Source of the DNA: a virus
Lineage: Duplodnaviria; Caudoviricetes
Direction: 5' to 3' (one strand)
Virus record (IMG/VR): IMGVR_UViG_3300005573_001593
Span: 23,534 to 87,533 of that record
Length of the DNA stretch: 64,000 nucleotides
Below are positions 1 to 9,853 of this stretch, one piece after another; within the stretch, counting starts at the first letter, position 1, and each line of letters begins with the position of its first letter. The translations under genes and the position numbers were made by a program. The notes under the pieces are model-generated. The model was not told where the DNA came from. It ran no database searches and saw only the letters and a program-made list of their open reading frames with translations.

Positions 1-99
1 GTGTTATCGCTTTCGCTTGCCTTTTGCTTTACCACATCATTGGTTCGATGTTGAGTTCCTACCACGCGCTAAGCGGATATACGAGTTGGCAGTATAACG

Positions 100-324
100 T
101 CAAGAATCGCGATCCGTTGAATGGCTATATCTTGTGCCGCTGTTGGCCGGATTGGTCGACGTTTGTATCCATGTATTTGCCAGATGGCTGACTTCACGCG
201 AGTGAGCCGTAATGGTGAGGCTGCAACTAGCATGTGCGCGACACCATGCTTCACACTCCTTAGCCCACTTCTGCTCATCGAACGTGAGACCACAGATAGG
301 ACATGCAAAAGTTGTCGGTTGCAT
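100..324 (-). CDS. Small zinc-finger-like protein (CPxCG...C..WC..H.SC)
   Basis: ORF MQPTTFACPICGLTFDEQKWAKECEAWCRAHASCSLTIT with a GGGGAG Shine-Dalgarno upstream; Cys/His spacing typical of small prokaryotic C2H2-like proteins. Confidence 0.6.
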   Translation of the reverse strand: MQPTTFACPICGLTFDEQKWAKECEAWCRAHASCSLTITAHSREVSHLANTWIQTSTNPANSGTRYSHSTDRDS

Positions 325-552
325 AATAGCTACTCCCCTTTACTGAGGGTTGAGTCCGTGAGTTTCTGGAAATCGACTACCACCTGCTACGTAGGCGGTA
401 CCTCTCTGGCAGCAGATATATGCCCACATGCAGGCATTAGGACAGGTAGAGCCGGTATCGGACCTAGACCGCAGCACACGGAGCAAACGTCATCGTGCAC
501 TCCACCGTCTGCGTCGAACGTATCGTGGCCGCTGGCGGTGCATCTAGTCGGA

Positions 553-681
553 TTAGTCAATGGCATGGTCGAGCACCCAGACGTTGTGTTCGCTATCGAA
601 GTAGAGCTCACACAATAGATCAGGCTCGCATCGCACGCGGTAGCACGTCCGGTCGCTCCCGAATCTCTGCCAATTTTGCAT
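553..681 (-). pseudogene. Possible frameshifted remnant of a DUF6504-like small protein
   Basis: Hand translation MQNWQRFGSDRTCYRVRCEPDLLCELYFDSEHNVWVLDHAID resembles the C-terminal YRV...LCELYxD...WxL..xxD pattern; a plausible N-terminal part lies upstream in another frame. Confidence 0.3.
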
Positions 682-813
682 TAGATGTTCCGGTCAGGAT
701 GGTGCGCACAGTTATGAACACTTGTGGTCCAGGCCCGGCTCGCTGGAACCACTCGTGACGCTGTGGATCGAGGTGGATTGGCACTGATGACGGACGAGAC
801 AGTAGCTGAAGCG

Positions 814-1209
814 CTATTCCTTGTACGTGACAGTCGCCTTCACTTCAACTAGGTTCAAGCACTCCCTCGCCTGATATCGACCCATATTCTCATGGCCTAC
901 GCACATAAGAGTCCCCTCATGGCTCGTCCGCTTCTCGCGTGCCATGTCGCGAATGAACTGGGCGACGGGAAAGCCACCGTGGCTGCAGACCGGATTGTGA
1001 CACTCCATGTACTCTGCGGGCATATTTGCCATTGAAAAGGTGCGCTCGCTGAGCGTGCGGGTGCTGTTTCCAACCGAGTATTCACGTGCCTCCAGTGTGA
1101 AGTCTGCTACCTCTGGCACAGTCTCAGCGAATGATGATACCAACCTACCAAAGACCGGTGGATGGTTTCTGAGATCGTCGTTGGCGTTGGGGCGCCGGTT
1201 TCGCGTCAT
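814..1209 (-). CDS. Hypothetical protein with CxNPxC / CxGxE / C motifs
   Basis: 131-aa ORF, protein-like composition, clustered cysteines, downstream of the ImmA gene on the same strand. Confidence 0.65.
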   Translation of the reverse strand: MTRNRRPNANDDLRNHPPVFGRLVSSFAETVPEVADFTLEAREYSVGNSTRTLSERTFSMANMPAEYMECHNPVCSHGGFPVAQFIRDMAREKRTSHEGTLMCVGHENMGRYQARECLNLVEVKATVTYKE

Positions 1210-1324
1210 GGCTCGCTCCTTTCATGCGTTGGTCGTATCACTGTGCGTCTCGCAAGGCAATTCAGGTGTATACGGTAATTCGATAACTCGCTCTCTGGTC
1301 GCTTCGAGCACGGAACGCTGGCAA

Positions 1325-2464
1325 CTAACGAAACCTTCCGAGTTCCAAGGGGGCAGATGGGTCGCTGCGCGGCGAGGAGCGCGATGTATACTCCTCCCTA
1401 CTGGCATACGGGGCCAGGATTCGCTTCATGGTATGGGGATATTGGCCCATTGCATCAGCAAAACGCTGGAAGTCGATCGCCGCAGTATTAGCGCCGTATA
1501 CGACTTCGGCCATACGTGCTAACGCCCGCGGCTTTTCAGGAGCAAGCTCAACAGGCTCCTCCGTCTTCCATCCCTTGGACCGCAACTGTTCGAACAAATA
1601 ATTGTACTGACGCTTCGAGATGATTTTCAGCTCGTACGCCCGTTTCATGAGTGCCTGCATGGATACTCGCCACCGTGCCTTCAAGGCCGCTAACGATGTC
1701 AGTGTGAGTGGCGGCACCAACTGGTCGCGAATCACGTCTTCGGGCATAAGGAACTCGGCGGCGAATGCATATGCTTCCTTCTCTAGTTCCTTGGTCGTGC
1801 CTCGCACAGCATGATGCATAACGAGGTGTCCCAGCTCGTGCGCTGCACTGAGCCTCATCCTGTCAACGCTTACGCCTCCTGATAGCACGATGACTGGCCA
1901 GCGGACTGAACCAGTCGACCATAAGCCAGAGGAACCCGTCCAGAGGGAGTAAGCCTCACGCCCCTCCAGACGCAACGGAAGAGCGAAAACAAGGACTCCG
2001 CTCTCCTCCAAGAGTCTCAGCAAGTGTGAAATAGGCGAATCAGGAGATACGCCCAACAAGGCTCTTGTCATGCGCGCAGCTTCAGCTGGACTGGTTGGTT
2101 CGTCTCCCAGTTGCGGAATGCTCAAACGGATCTTACTGCGCACTTGCTTTATCATGATGCCGAAGGCTTCAAACTCTATTTCGGCGTACCGCTGTGCCTC
2201 ACGCTTGTCAACCAATGACAGGTCAGTTTGCCCGCGAAAACGGAGAGAGCCTTCGGGAAACTGAGGTGGGTCATCTCGTTCAAAAAACACACCAGGAACA
2301 CCAAGGCGGTTCGAGAGCGCATCCAGCACGTCAGGCGACGGCTGGAAAATACCGCCCTCGATGTGCGCCACTGTCGTCTGGGCCACGCCTAGGTCTCGAG
2401 CTAGCTCCACCTGCGTAAGGCGATTCCACTCACGAGCCTGGCGTATACGCATTCCGTTAATCAT
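1325..2464 (-). CDS. XRE-family HTH fused to ImmA/IrrE-type zinc metallopeptidase
   Basis: N-terminal RIRQAREWNRLTQVELARDLGVAQTTVAHIEGG HTH; C-terminal AHELGHLVMH (HExxH) and EKEAYAFAAEFLMP. Confidence 0.92.
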   Translation of the reverse strand: MINGMRIRQAREWNRLTQVELARDLGVAQTTVAHIEGGIFQPSPDVLDALSNRLGVPGVFFERDDPPQFPEGSLRFRGQTDLSLVDKREAQRYAEIEFEAFGIMIKQVRSKIRLSIPQLGDEPTSPAEAARMTRALLGVSPDSPISHLLRLLEESGVLVFALPLRLEGREAYSLWTGSSGLWSTGSVRWPVIVLSGGVSVDRMRLSAAHELGHLVMHHAVRGTTKELEKEAYAFAAEFLMPEDVIRDQLVPPLTLTSLAALKARWRVSMQALMKRAYELKIISKRQYNYLFEQLRSKGWKTEEPVELAPEKPRALARMAEVVYGANTAAIDFQRFADAMGQYPHTMKRILAPYASREEYTSRSSPRSDPSAPLELGRFR

Positions 2465-3201
2465 TAGGCTTGCTCAGCATCATCCCGCTGCTCAGCATCG
2501 TCATCTTCCTCCGCGGTCAGCGGCTCTATCGGGAGATCACCGAGGATTTCAATATCGAGGTCAAGCTCACGTTCGGCGATAACATCGTGAAATATGTCGG
2601 ACTCCGCGGGATTGGGAAGCCAGACAGTGCCTAGAGATTTTGACGAAGTGTGACGTCCCGGCAACGCAAACACAGCTGACAGCCCCTCAAAGATACCGTT
2701 CTTGGAAGCATGCCATAGAAGCAGTAGCTCTGGTGACGTGCATGCAAATTCTTCTGAGAGAATGAGTTGAACAACTCCCTGCATGGCTGCAGAATCGCCC
2801 AATGGCGGAACGCCACCATCGGATGTGGCCTTACGGATGCGGATCACGCGGCCTTCGTAGCGCACCCGCAAACCGCTGTTTGGTATCTCGTCAATCTCCA
2901 GCGCCACGTCCAGCCCTCGATTGGAGAGGAACAGGCGTGATATGAATCGCACTGTGTGCGAGAAAAACCACGGGTCATATCGGCGGGTGCGACTTTCATC
3001 TACGAGGCTTAAGGATTCATCGGGCACACCCAGGTAAAGCTCATGCAAACTATCAAGCGTAGTTCTCGCCTGCGCGGTACCTTCTTCGACGGCTCGCCAG
3101 AGGTCCGGCACGATGGGCAAGACGTCTTTGAGGGCGTTCTGAATATGAGGGACATCACCAAGGTTCACCGAACACCTCCACGATTGCACGGCATTTTGCA
3201 T
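2464..3201 (-). CDS. Hypothetical protein coupled to the XRE-ImmA gene
   Basis: 245-aa ORF whose stop overlaps the ImmA start; acidic C-terminal tail; true start may be the GTG near 3168. Confidence 0.75.
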   Translation of the reverse strand: MQNAVQSWRCSVNLGDVPHIQNALKDVLPIVPDLWRAVEEGTAQARTTLDSLHELYLGVPDESLSLVDESRTRRYDPWFFSHTVRFISRLFLSNRGLDVALEIDEIPNSGLRVRYEGRVIRIRKATSDGGVPPLGDSAAMQGVVQLILSEEFACTSPELLLLWHASKNGIFEGLSAVFALPGRHTSSKSLGTVWLPNPAESDIFHDVIAERELDLDIEILGDLPIEPLTAEEDDDAEQRDDAEQA

Positions 3202-3622
3202 GTGCTAAAAATATACGAAAAATACCAATCCGTCAAGCTGCGTTGTGCCCGTAGACGAACATGTGTACTAAATGGCTAATAGATCATGGTCATTATGGTG
3301 TGCATGCTCACACGACCATCAGAGTCTTCCTGCGTGAGCAGCCGGACGACGTGTGTGACAGTGACCACTTTCACCGCGCCAAACCACAAGCGATACGCCC
3401 GTCGGCCGACAGCAAAGTCGTCGACCTGGACAGCTGGCCCACACGAGCATAAGGAAGCGCTGGCGAAGATCCTACGTCAACTGAGCGGCGGATTGCCGGG
3501 TGCGCGGTGAGTGGTCGCAATCTTGCGAGACATCGCTGTGATGCGATAGCGTGTTCATATTGACGCGTCGTGATAGTATGAAGCAACACCAGTGATTGGC
3601 GAGGTGATAGAGGAGAGTCGAT

Positions 3623-3844
3623 ATGGCAAGGCTGCGTGAGCGCGAAAACCAACTGCTGCGCTCTTCCAAGGGCAGCACTGGCCACGCGACCAAGGGCACA
3701 CAAAAGCATGAGGTACGGGCCGGGCGCGCTGGCGTGTCCTCCATGACCTATGCTCGCATGTCCAAGAATGCCCGGTCATTCCTCTTGCAGATGGACGCTA
3801 ATCCGCACATCAAGGCTGTGATGCGCGACCTGGCTGATAAGTAG
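3623..3844 (+). CDS. Putative antitoxin for Doc (Phd-like C-terminus)
   Basis: 73-aa ORF with GGAGAG SD, ends AVMRDLADK like Phd/Doc antitoxin tails, 2 nt before the doc gene. Confidence 0.7.
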   Translation: MARLRERENQLLRSSKGSTGHATKGTQKHEVRAGRAGVSSMTYARMSKNARSFLLQMDANPHIKAVMRDLADK

Positions 3845-3846
3845 TC

Positions 3847-4461
3847 ATGGCTTCGGGGCGTTTTAGCCGCCAGGGGCGCCGTACGTTTTCACGTGTGGCG
3901 CCCTTTCCGTTGCCGCTCGACGTACCGTACGCTGATGCGTGCAAGGATGTCATTGGCCAACTCTGTCACGACGTCGAAGGCTTCCATGAGTTCATCGTAG
4001 ACCAATTTGGCGGCGTGCCTGGAATACGATCACAAGACCAACTGGAGGCAGCCATAGCGCGACCGTTTGTTAGCTTCGGGCTGCAGAGTGTCTATTCTAC
4101 TGGCATCGAGCAGGCCAGCGCGCTTGCATACGCACTCGTCCAGAATCATCCGTTTGTCGACGGCAACAAACGCACGGCTCTCTACAGTTGCCTCTATTTT
4201 CTCCAGCAGTGTGGGTACTGGCGGCATGATCTCTATCTCACTCGGCACGAGTCCCAGTCCTTAGAGGGGCTTATCCTCATGATCGCGCGCGAGGGCGAGG
4301 ACATCCAAAAGCGGCGCATCCTTGCACGATACGAAAATCATGATCTTGCGGTGACATTGGACCAAATCCTTGCTGGATCGCGCAATCGTCAACCCTTCAG
4401 TAGACGTCTGCGCAATGGAATATTCAGACCGCTTCTTCATATTTTTGGCTCGCATGAATAA
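3847..4461 (+). CDS. doc: Death-on-curing (Fic/Doc) family toxin
   Basis: Motif HPFVDGNKRTA (Doc-type with Lys) and GGVPGIRSQDQLEAAIARP. Confidence 0.9.
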   Translation: MASGRFSRQGRRTFSRVAPFPLPLDVPYADACKDVIGQLCHDVEGFHEFIVDQFGGVPGIRSQDQLEAAIARPFVSFGLQSVYSTGIEQASALAYALVQNHPFVDGNKRTALYSCLYFLQQCGYWRHDLYLTRHESQSLEGLILMIAREGEDIQKRRILARYENHDLAVTLDQILAGSRNRQPFSRRLRNGIFRPLLHIFGSHE

Positions 4462-4467
4462 ATGCGG

Positions 4468-4499
4468 CCGCGGCTGACCCTCTGCAAAATCAGCCGCGG
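4468..4499 (+). terminator. Hairpin after doc
   Basis: 10-bp inverted repeat CCGCGGCTGA / TCAGCCGCGG just after the doc stop; no strong U tract. Confidence 0.45.
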
Positions 4500-5571
4500 A
4501 TATCACAGATAGTCCACAGGTTGGCGAGCAGAGAAGAGCGCTCCGGATGTCTCGGTCCAGAGCGCTGCTATGCGTGAGGCATGATTCTACTGCGCCACGA
4601 GCACACGGGTCTCAGCGACCATGCAGTCGGTGTGCTCCGAGCGCAGGTGCAGATCACGCCGTCCATCTCGTCCACCTTGAGCAAGAGGACACACAATCTG
4701 TCGTCATTAGAGCCGCGAGTGGGAGCGCTACGATTTCCCGCTCAGTACCTCTCCAATCGTTCTCAGCGCGAGGTTTTGCCCTGATCACTGCTATACCAGC
4801 TTTATTGCCCTGCACGTGATACAGTGCTTGTGACCTGCCGTGGGACTGGCTTGAACACTGGGCCAGCCTCCTTTCCGCTCAACCACGGGGAGTGTCTCAC
4901 GGCGGGTCTTGTTTTCCCTCTACTCCACGCCCTCAAGTCGCCGCCTCCCTCGCGCGCTGCTGGATGGATCGTGACTGATACCCTTTAGCTGTTAACGAGG
5001 ACAGTGGGTGGATGCGAAAGGGAATGGAGTAGTCTGTCTCCGCTGGGTCGCCGGGCGTCAACATGACGGCGCCCGGCTGAGAATCAGACTCATACCGGGC
5101 GCCGCTGAACCTGTGGGCGTGCGCATTGTCATCCTAACGTGTGGCGCGTCAGTAGCTTCCCCCCGCCATGCCATCACCAGCCCAGCAAACCACGCCAGGC
5201 CATGCCACGGCACGCCGCGCCCTCAGGCTCACCATCTCTCGCTGCATCACCTATGCCAGTGGTGTTACTGTTCTCAACCACCTACGCTTACAAGCGGCGA
5301 ATAGGAATTAGCACTCGCAACAGGCCAACCTCCATGCCTACCATTGTCACGATAGGAGGGGCAGCACATCGAGAGGAAACGTGGTGTGGCCTGGCTGGCT
5401 GATAGTACTCATTGTCACAAATCATGCCCATATGGACATCACCCACGTTATGTGAGCTAGTAGTGTCTCGTGTAGGAAGGCACTTACGGTTAACCGGCAA
5501 GGTAGCGATTTGATCTTGTATGGTAGTCTCTATGTCCTTGCGTTGTCAGGGGGGAGAAAGTCAGGGCGGTC

Positions 5572-5967
5572 ATGGATGCGATGCCGATCCTCATCGTGGA
5601 GAACTACGCAATCCTGCGCGAGATCCTACGATTGATTCTCGAACTGGAAGGGTATATCGTTTACGAGGCCCGGGACGGGTGTGAGGCGTTGCACTACTTG
5701 CGTGCAAGTGCGCAACCATTGATCGTCTTATTGGACTGGCATCTGCCAGGCCTGCCTGGGCGGGCGGCCCTCTACGCTCTGGCTGCCGATGCACCACAAG
5801 CGCGCCGTCATGCCTACATCCTCTACACGGCAGCCAGTTGTCCTCTCGACTTGCTAGCACAGGTACCTCCTGGCTTTCGTGTCACAACCCTCTCCAAGTT
5901 TAGCGGAGTTGACGAGCTACTGTATGCAGTGAAGCAAGCGATCAATCAAATTGCAGGGGACAGATGA
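5572..5967 (+). CDS. Single-domain response regulator (CheY-like receiver)
   Basis: ILIVEN...LELEGYIVYEARDG.EAL..L...LIVLLDWHLPG and a C-terminal K; no output domain. Confidence 0.85.
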   Translation: MDAMPILIVENYAILREILRLILELEGYIVYEARDGCEALHYLRASAQPLIVLLDWHLPGLPGRAALYALAADAPQARRHAYILYTAASCPLDLLAQVPPGFRVTTLSKFSGVDELLYAVKQAINQIAGDR

Positions 5968-6459
5968 TGTTGCAGTGTCGCGTTGCCCCCTATCCGCATG
6001 CTACGGTGGAGAGGAAAGTCAGCCATCACTTAACCGCTATGGCATCAACCATCACGCCGACATACCCGCAATCACTCGATGGTAGATCTTGCGTTACCTG
6101 CGATAAGCAGGTAGACTGCGAGCCGATGGCCAGTGACTTCATTGTCGTTGGACCATAGGCTGGGCAAGGAAGCACAGCCGGGGGGACTACGCCTGACACA
6201 TCTGGCTAGGAGATAGACGACGATGGCGGCGACATTGATTGACTGGATTGTCGCTATTGGCACAATTGCAGGTCCAGCTGTGTCTGCCTTTGCAGTTAAG
6301 AGCACTGTCTAGCGTCGCCATGCTAGGGGACTGTTATTCGGTTACTGGAAGTGCTTCACACTAGGCACGTTTCCTCTTGGTCATCATCTCGCTGTATGTA
6401 TGCTACAATAGCGCCGCATACACAGATGAGCCCCTTACCCCTAGAGAGGACCTCCGCTG

Positions 6460-6805
6460 ATGACTGAGCTCATATGGGATGGCAAGTACAAGGATGGTAA
6501 ACGTGTCGCTCCCGTGCGTATCGCCCTGCCCTTCCAGACCGTCGAGACTGTAAACGAATCCGCGCAGGTACGTGCACGCCAGTATGATCTCTGGGCGCAG
6601 GGACAGCCAACAGAGTGGCGCAACCGGCTCATCTGGGGCGACAAAAAGTATGTGCTGCCTTCGCTGCTGGCCGAATTCGTGGGCAAGGTGAACCTGATCT
6701 ACATAGACCCACCATTTGCCACTGGAGATGACTTCTCCTTCACTGCTACCATTCCTGAGGCGGATGACAGATTTATCAAAGAACCGAGTATGATCGAGCA
6801 GAAGG
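6460..6805 (+). pseudogene. mod: Type III R-M methyltransferase (Mod), 5' part, interrupted by IS256
   Basis: MTELIWDGKY...NRLIWGDKK...NLIYIDPPF (catalytic motif IV); ends at the 8-bp duplication GCAGAAGG. Confidence 0.9.
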
Positions 6806-8199
6806 GGTCAAGTCCGAACTCATCTGTAAATTGGGGTCTCTGGTAGACCCTGGGAATCATGCGAGTTGGAGCATTGGCGCCTCCTGGCTGAACAAAGGCT
6901 GCTGGGACGGGCGCTCGCGCCACAGCCAGTAGGCGGTCATGTCGAAATAGCGGTGGCTTGTGGTCCAGACTTCATCCTGCTCCATCAGCAGGGCCCCAAC
7001 CAGACGTACGACCGAGTCTCGGTTGGGAAAGATACGGATGACGCGCTCACGGCGGCGAATCTCCTCATTGAGCCGCTCGACGCCATTGGTGGTACGCAGG
7101 CGCTTGCGGTACGGCGCTGGTAGTGCGAGGACAGCAGTGGCATCCTCAAAGCCGCGCTCCAACGCCTTGACGGCGCCCGGCGCGGTCTGCTGGTAGTCGG
7201 CGACGAAGGTGGCCAGCAGCGTGCGCGCGGTGGCCTCGTCAGGCGCCTCGAAGATCGGACGCAGGCGAGCATGCACCTCTTCCTGGAGCGCCTTGGGTGT
7301 GGCGTCGGCGATGTTGGCCGACAGGTGCGTCTGGCAACGTTGCCAGGTGGCACCCTGGAACTGGATCTGCACGGCCTTAACCAATCCGCCGTGGTGGTCG
7401 GAGACCACCAGATCGACACCGGATAATCCACGGGCTTTGAGCCAGATGAAGAACTCCATCCACGTGCGCTCACTCTCGCTGTCGCCGATCCGCAAGCCCA
7501 GCACCTCACGGTAGCCAGCGTCGTTGACGCCGGTCGCCACCAGCGCGCTGACTGCCCGCACGCGTCCCTCTTCGCGCACCTTCACGACCAGCGCATCCAC
7601 CAGCACGAACGGGTAGCGCTGCGCTGACAGGTCGCGTTCGTTCCAGGCTGCCACCAGCGGATCGAGCGCCTTACAGAGATCGGAGACGGTCGACTTGGCG
7701 AAGCTCGTTCCACACAACTCCTCAGTGATGCGCGCCACTTTGCGCGTCGAGACGCCGTTGACCACCATTTCCATGAGCGTGAGCACCAAGGCTTGTTCGC
7801 TGCGCTGATAGCGGGCGAAGAGCTCCGTCGAGAACTGCCCGTCTCGGACTTGTGGCACTTGCAGCGTCAGTGCGCCTACCCGCGTGGTCAGTTGGCGGGG
7901 CTTGTAGCCGTTGCGGTACCCCTGCCGCTGCTCGCTGCGTTCATACGGCGCGACCTGGAGTTGCTCGGTGACTTGGGCGTTCAAGACTTGATTCAAGACC
8001 GCCTCCAGCAAACGACCTAGCTGGCCGTCTCCGGTAAACAGGCGTTGCACGCTCTCGCTATCTAGCGTAAGCTGGTACTGCATCACGGGTGTCCTCTCTT
8101 GGCTAGCTGACGGTTTGGTCACTATCAGTCTACCAGAGAGGCCCCGCTTCCCTTACCTAGCAGGCGCTTCCCAATTTACAGATGATACCGGACTCAATA
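6806..8199 (-). mobile_element. IS256-family insertion sequence, 1394 bp
   Basis: 30-bp imperfect terminal IRs GGTCAAGTCCGAACTCATCTGTAAATTGGG / TATTGAGTCCGGTATCATCTGTAAATTGGG; 8-bp target duplication GCAGAAGG at 6798-6805 and 8200-8207. Confidence 0.95.
6857..8122 (-). CDS. IS256-family (mutator-type) DDE transposase
   Basis: RNGYKPR, GVSTRKV, VLVDAL, VVSDHH, QRCQTH and RTTNGVERLNEEIRRR motifs. Confidence 0.97.
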   Translation of the reverse strand: MTKPSASQERTPVMQYQLTLDSESVQRLFTGDGQLGRLLEAVLNQVLNAQVTEQLQVAPYERSEQRQGYRNGYKPRQLTTRVGALTLQVPQVRDGQFSTELFARYQRSEQALVLTLMEMVVNGVSTRKVARITEELCGTSFAKSTVSDLCKALDPLVAAWNERDLSAQRYPFVLVDALVVKVREEGRVRAVSALVATGVNDAGYREVLGLRIGDSESERTWMEFFIWLKARGLSGVDLVVSDHHGGLVKAVQIQFQGATWQRCQTHLSANIADATPKALQEEVHARLRPIFEAPDEATARTLLATFVADYQQTAPGAVKALERGFEDATAVLALPAPYRKRLRTTNGVERLNEEIRRRERVIRIFPNRDSVVRLVGALLMEQDEVWTTSHRYFDMTAYWLWRERPSQQPLFSQEAPMLQLA

Positions 8200-8207
8200 G
8201 CAGAAGG

Positions 8208-9853
8208 CGTATCGGGATACTTGGGGCCGCGGACTCGACAGCTATCTGCAATGGTTCTATGAGGCAGTTGTGCTACTAAGAGAACTGCTGACCGAGGATG
8301 GGAGTATCTACGTTCACCTGGATTGGCATGTGGGTCACTATGCAAAAGTCATAATGGATGAAGTATTCGCCTATGACAATTTCATAAACCAGATTGTATG
8401 GAAACGACAGACCGCTCACAGCGATTATGGGCAAGGTGCTAAGCACTTTGGACGCTTACATGACACCATCCTGTTCTACTCAAAGTCTACAGAGTTTGTC
8501 CTGAATCCCGCCTATAAAGCCTATGATGCCGAGTACATAAAGAGCCACTACAGCCTTATAGAGGAAGAAACAGGGCGGCGTTATCAACTCGGAGACCTCA
8601 CTGGACCCGGCGGACAATCGAAGGGTAATCCTTATTACGAACTGATGGGATTCACAGGATATTGGCGGTACTCGAAGGAACATATGGCAGAACTTGTCGC
8701 TGCTGGACGTGTTATACAGCCAAGTCCTGGTTCTCGCCCTCGTCAGAAGCGTTACTTGGACGAGATGTCTGGTTTACCAGTTCAGGACGTATGGGATGAT
8801 ATCAACCCGATTAACTCTCAAGCGCGAGAATCTATAGGCTATGCCACCCAGAAGCCGGAAGCTCTTCTCGAACGCATCATCAAGGCTTCTTCCAACGAAG
8901 GCGACCTTGTGCTCGACTGCTTCTGTGGCAGTGGCACAACAGCGGCAGTCGCGGAGAAACTGGGGCGCAGGTGGATCGCTGCTGATCTTGGCCGCTTCGC
9001 CATCCACACTACGCGCAAGCGACTATTGAGCATTGAAAACGTCAAGCCATTTGCCGTCCAGAACCTCGGCAAGTACGAGCGGCAGGCGTGGCAAGTAAAT
9101 GAGTTCGCGGGCGGAGATGTGCGACAGTCGGCACAGGCGCAACTTGGCTATCGCCGCTTCATGCTCGATCTCTACCGCGCCCAGCCGATCTCCGGCTATA
9201 CGTGGCTGCATGGAGTGCGTGACGGGCGGCTCGTGCATGTCGGCAGCGTAGACGCGCCAGTAGCCGTCGGTGACGTGCAGCAGATCGTCAAGGAGTTCTG
9301 GAAGACTCGTGGGCAAGCGATGACGAATGGCGTGGATGTGCTCGGGTGGGACTTCGCCTTTGAGCTGAACGAGGTCGCCGCGCAGATGGCGGCGGAGGCC
9401 AGCGTCACCCTCAAGTTCAAGCGTGTGCCGCGTGAGGTGCTGGAGAAGAAGGCAGTCGAACAGGGCGATATCAGGTTCTTTGAGCTGGCCGCGCTGAGCA
9501 CACGCGTCAGCCAGAAAGCAGGTGATATGCTCGATGCTCCGGCGCGTGAGCATGGGCCGCACGTCACCATCACGCTCACCGATTTCGTCGTGCCGCCGGA
9601 TGATGTGCCGGAAGACGTGCAGCGAGCCGTCAAGCACTGGAGCCAGTGGATTGACTACTGGGCGGTGGACTGGGACTTCAAGGGCGACGCCTTCCACAAT
9701 ATGGCGCAGACCTACCGCACGCGCAAAGACCCGCAGCTTCAGACGAGCCTCGCGCACCTGTACGAGCAGCCCGGTACCTACACCGTCGTCGTGAAAGTTA
9801 TTGACATCCTTGGCAACGACACGACCAAGACACTCACGGTGGAGGTGCGCTGA
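8208..9853 (+). pseudogene. mod: Type III R-M methyltransferase (Mod), 3' part
   Basis: Rejoined across the IS it reads in frame EQK-AYRDTWGRGLDSYLQWFYEAVVLLRELL; contains GSIYVHLDWH, YATQKPEALL and DCFCGSGTT (motif I). Confidence 0.92.

Noticed and set aside
3286-3510. 74-aa ORF between the ImmA partner and the antitoxin
   Set aside because: No SD or motif; a plus-strand promoter-like TTGCAC-16-TAAAAT lies upstream but is not enough to call a gene
4500-5570. Short ORFs in the gap before the response regulator
   Set aside because: No recognisable domains; probably intergenic or decayed sequence
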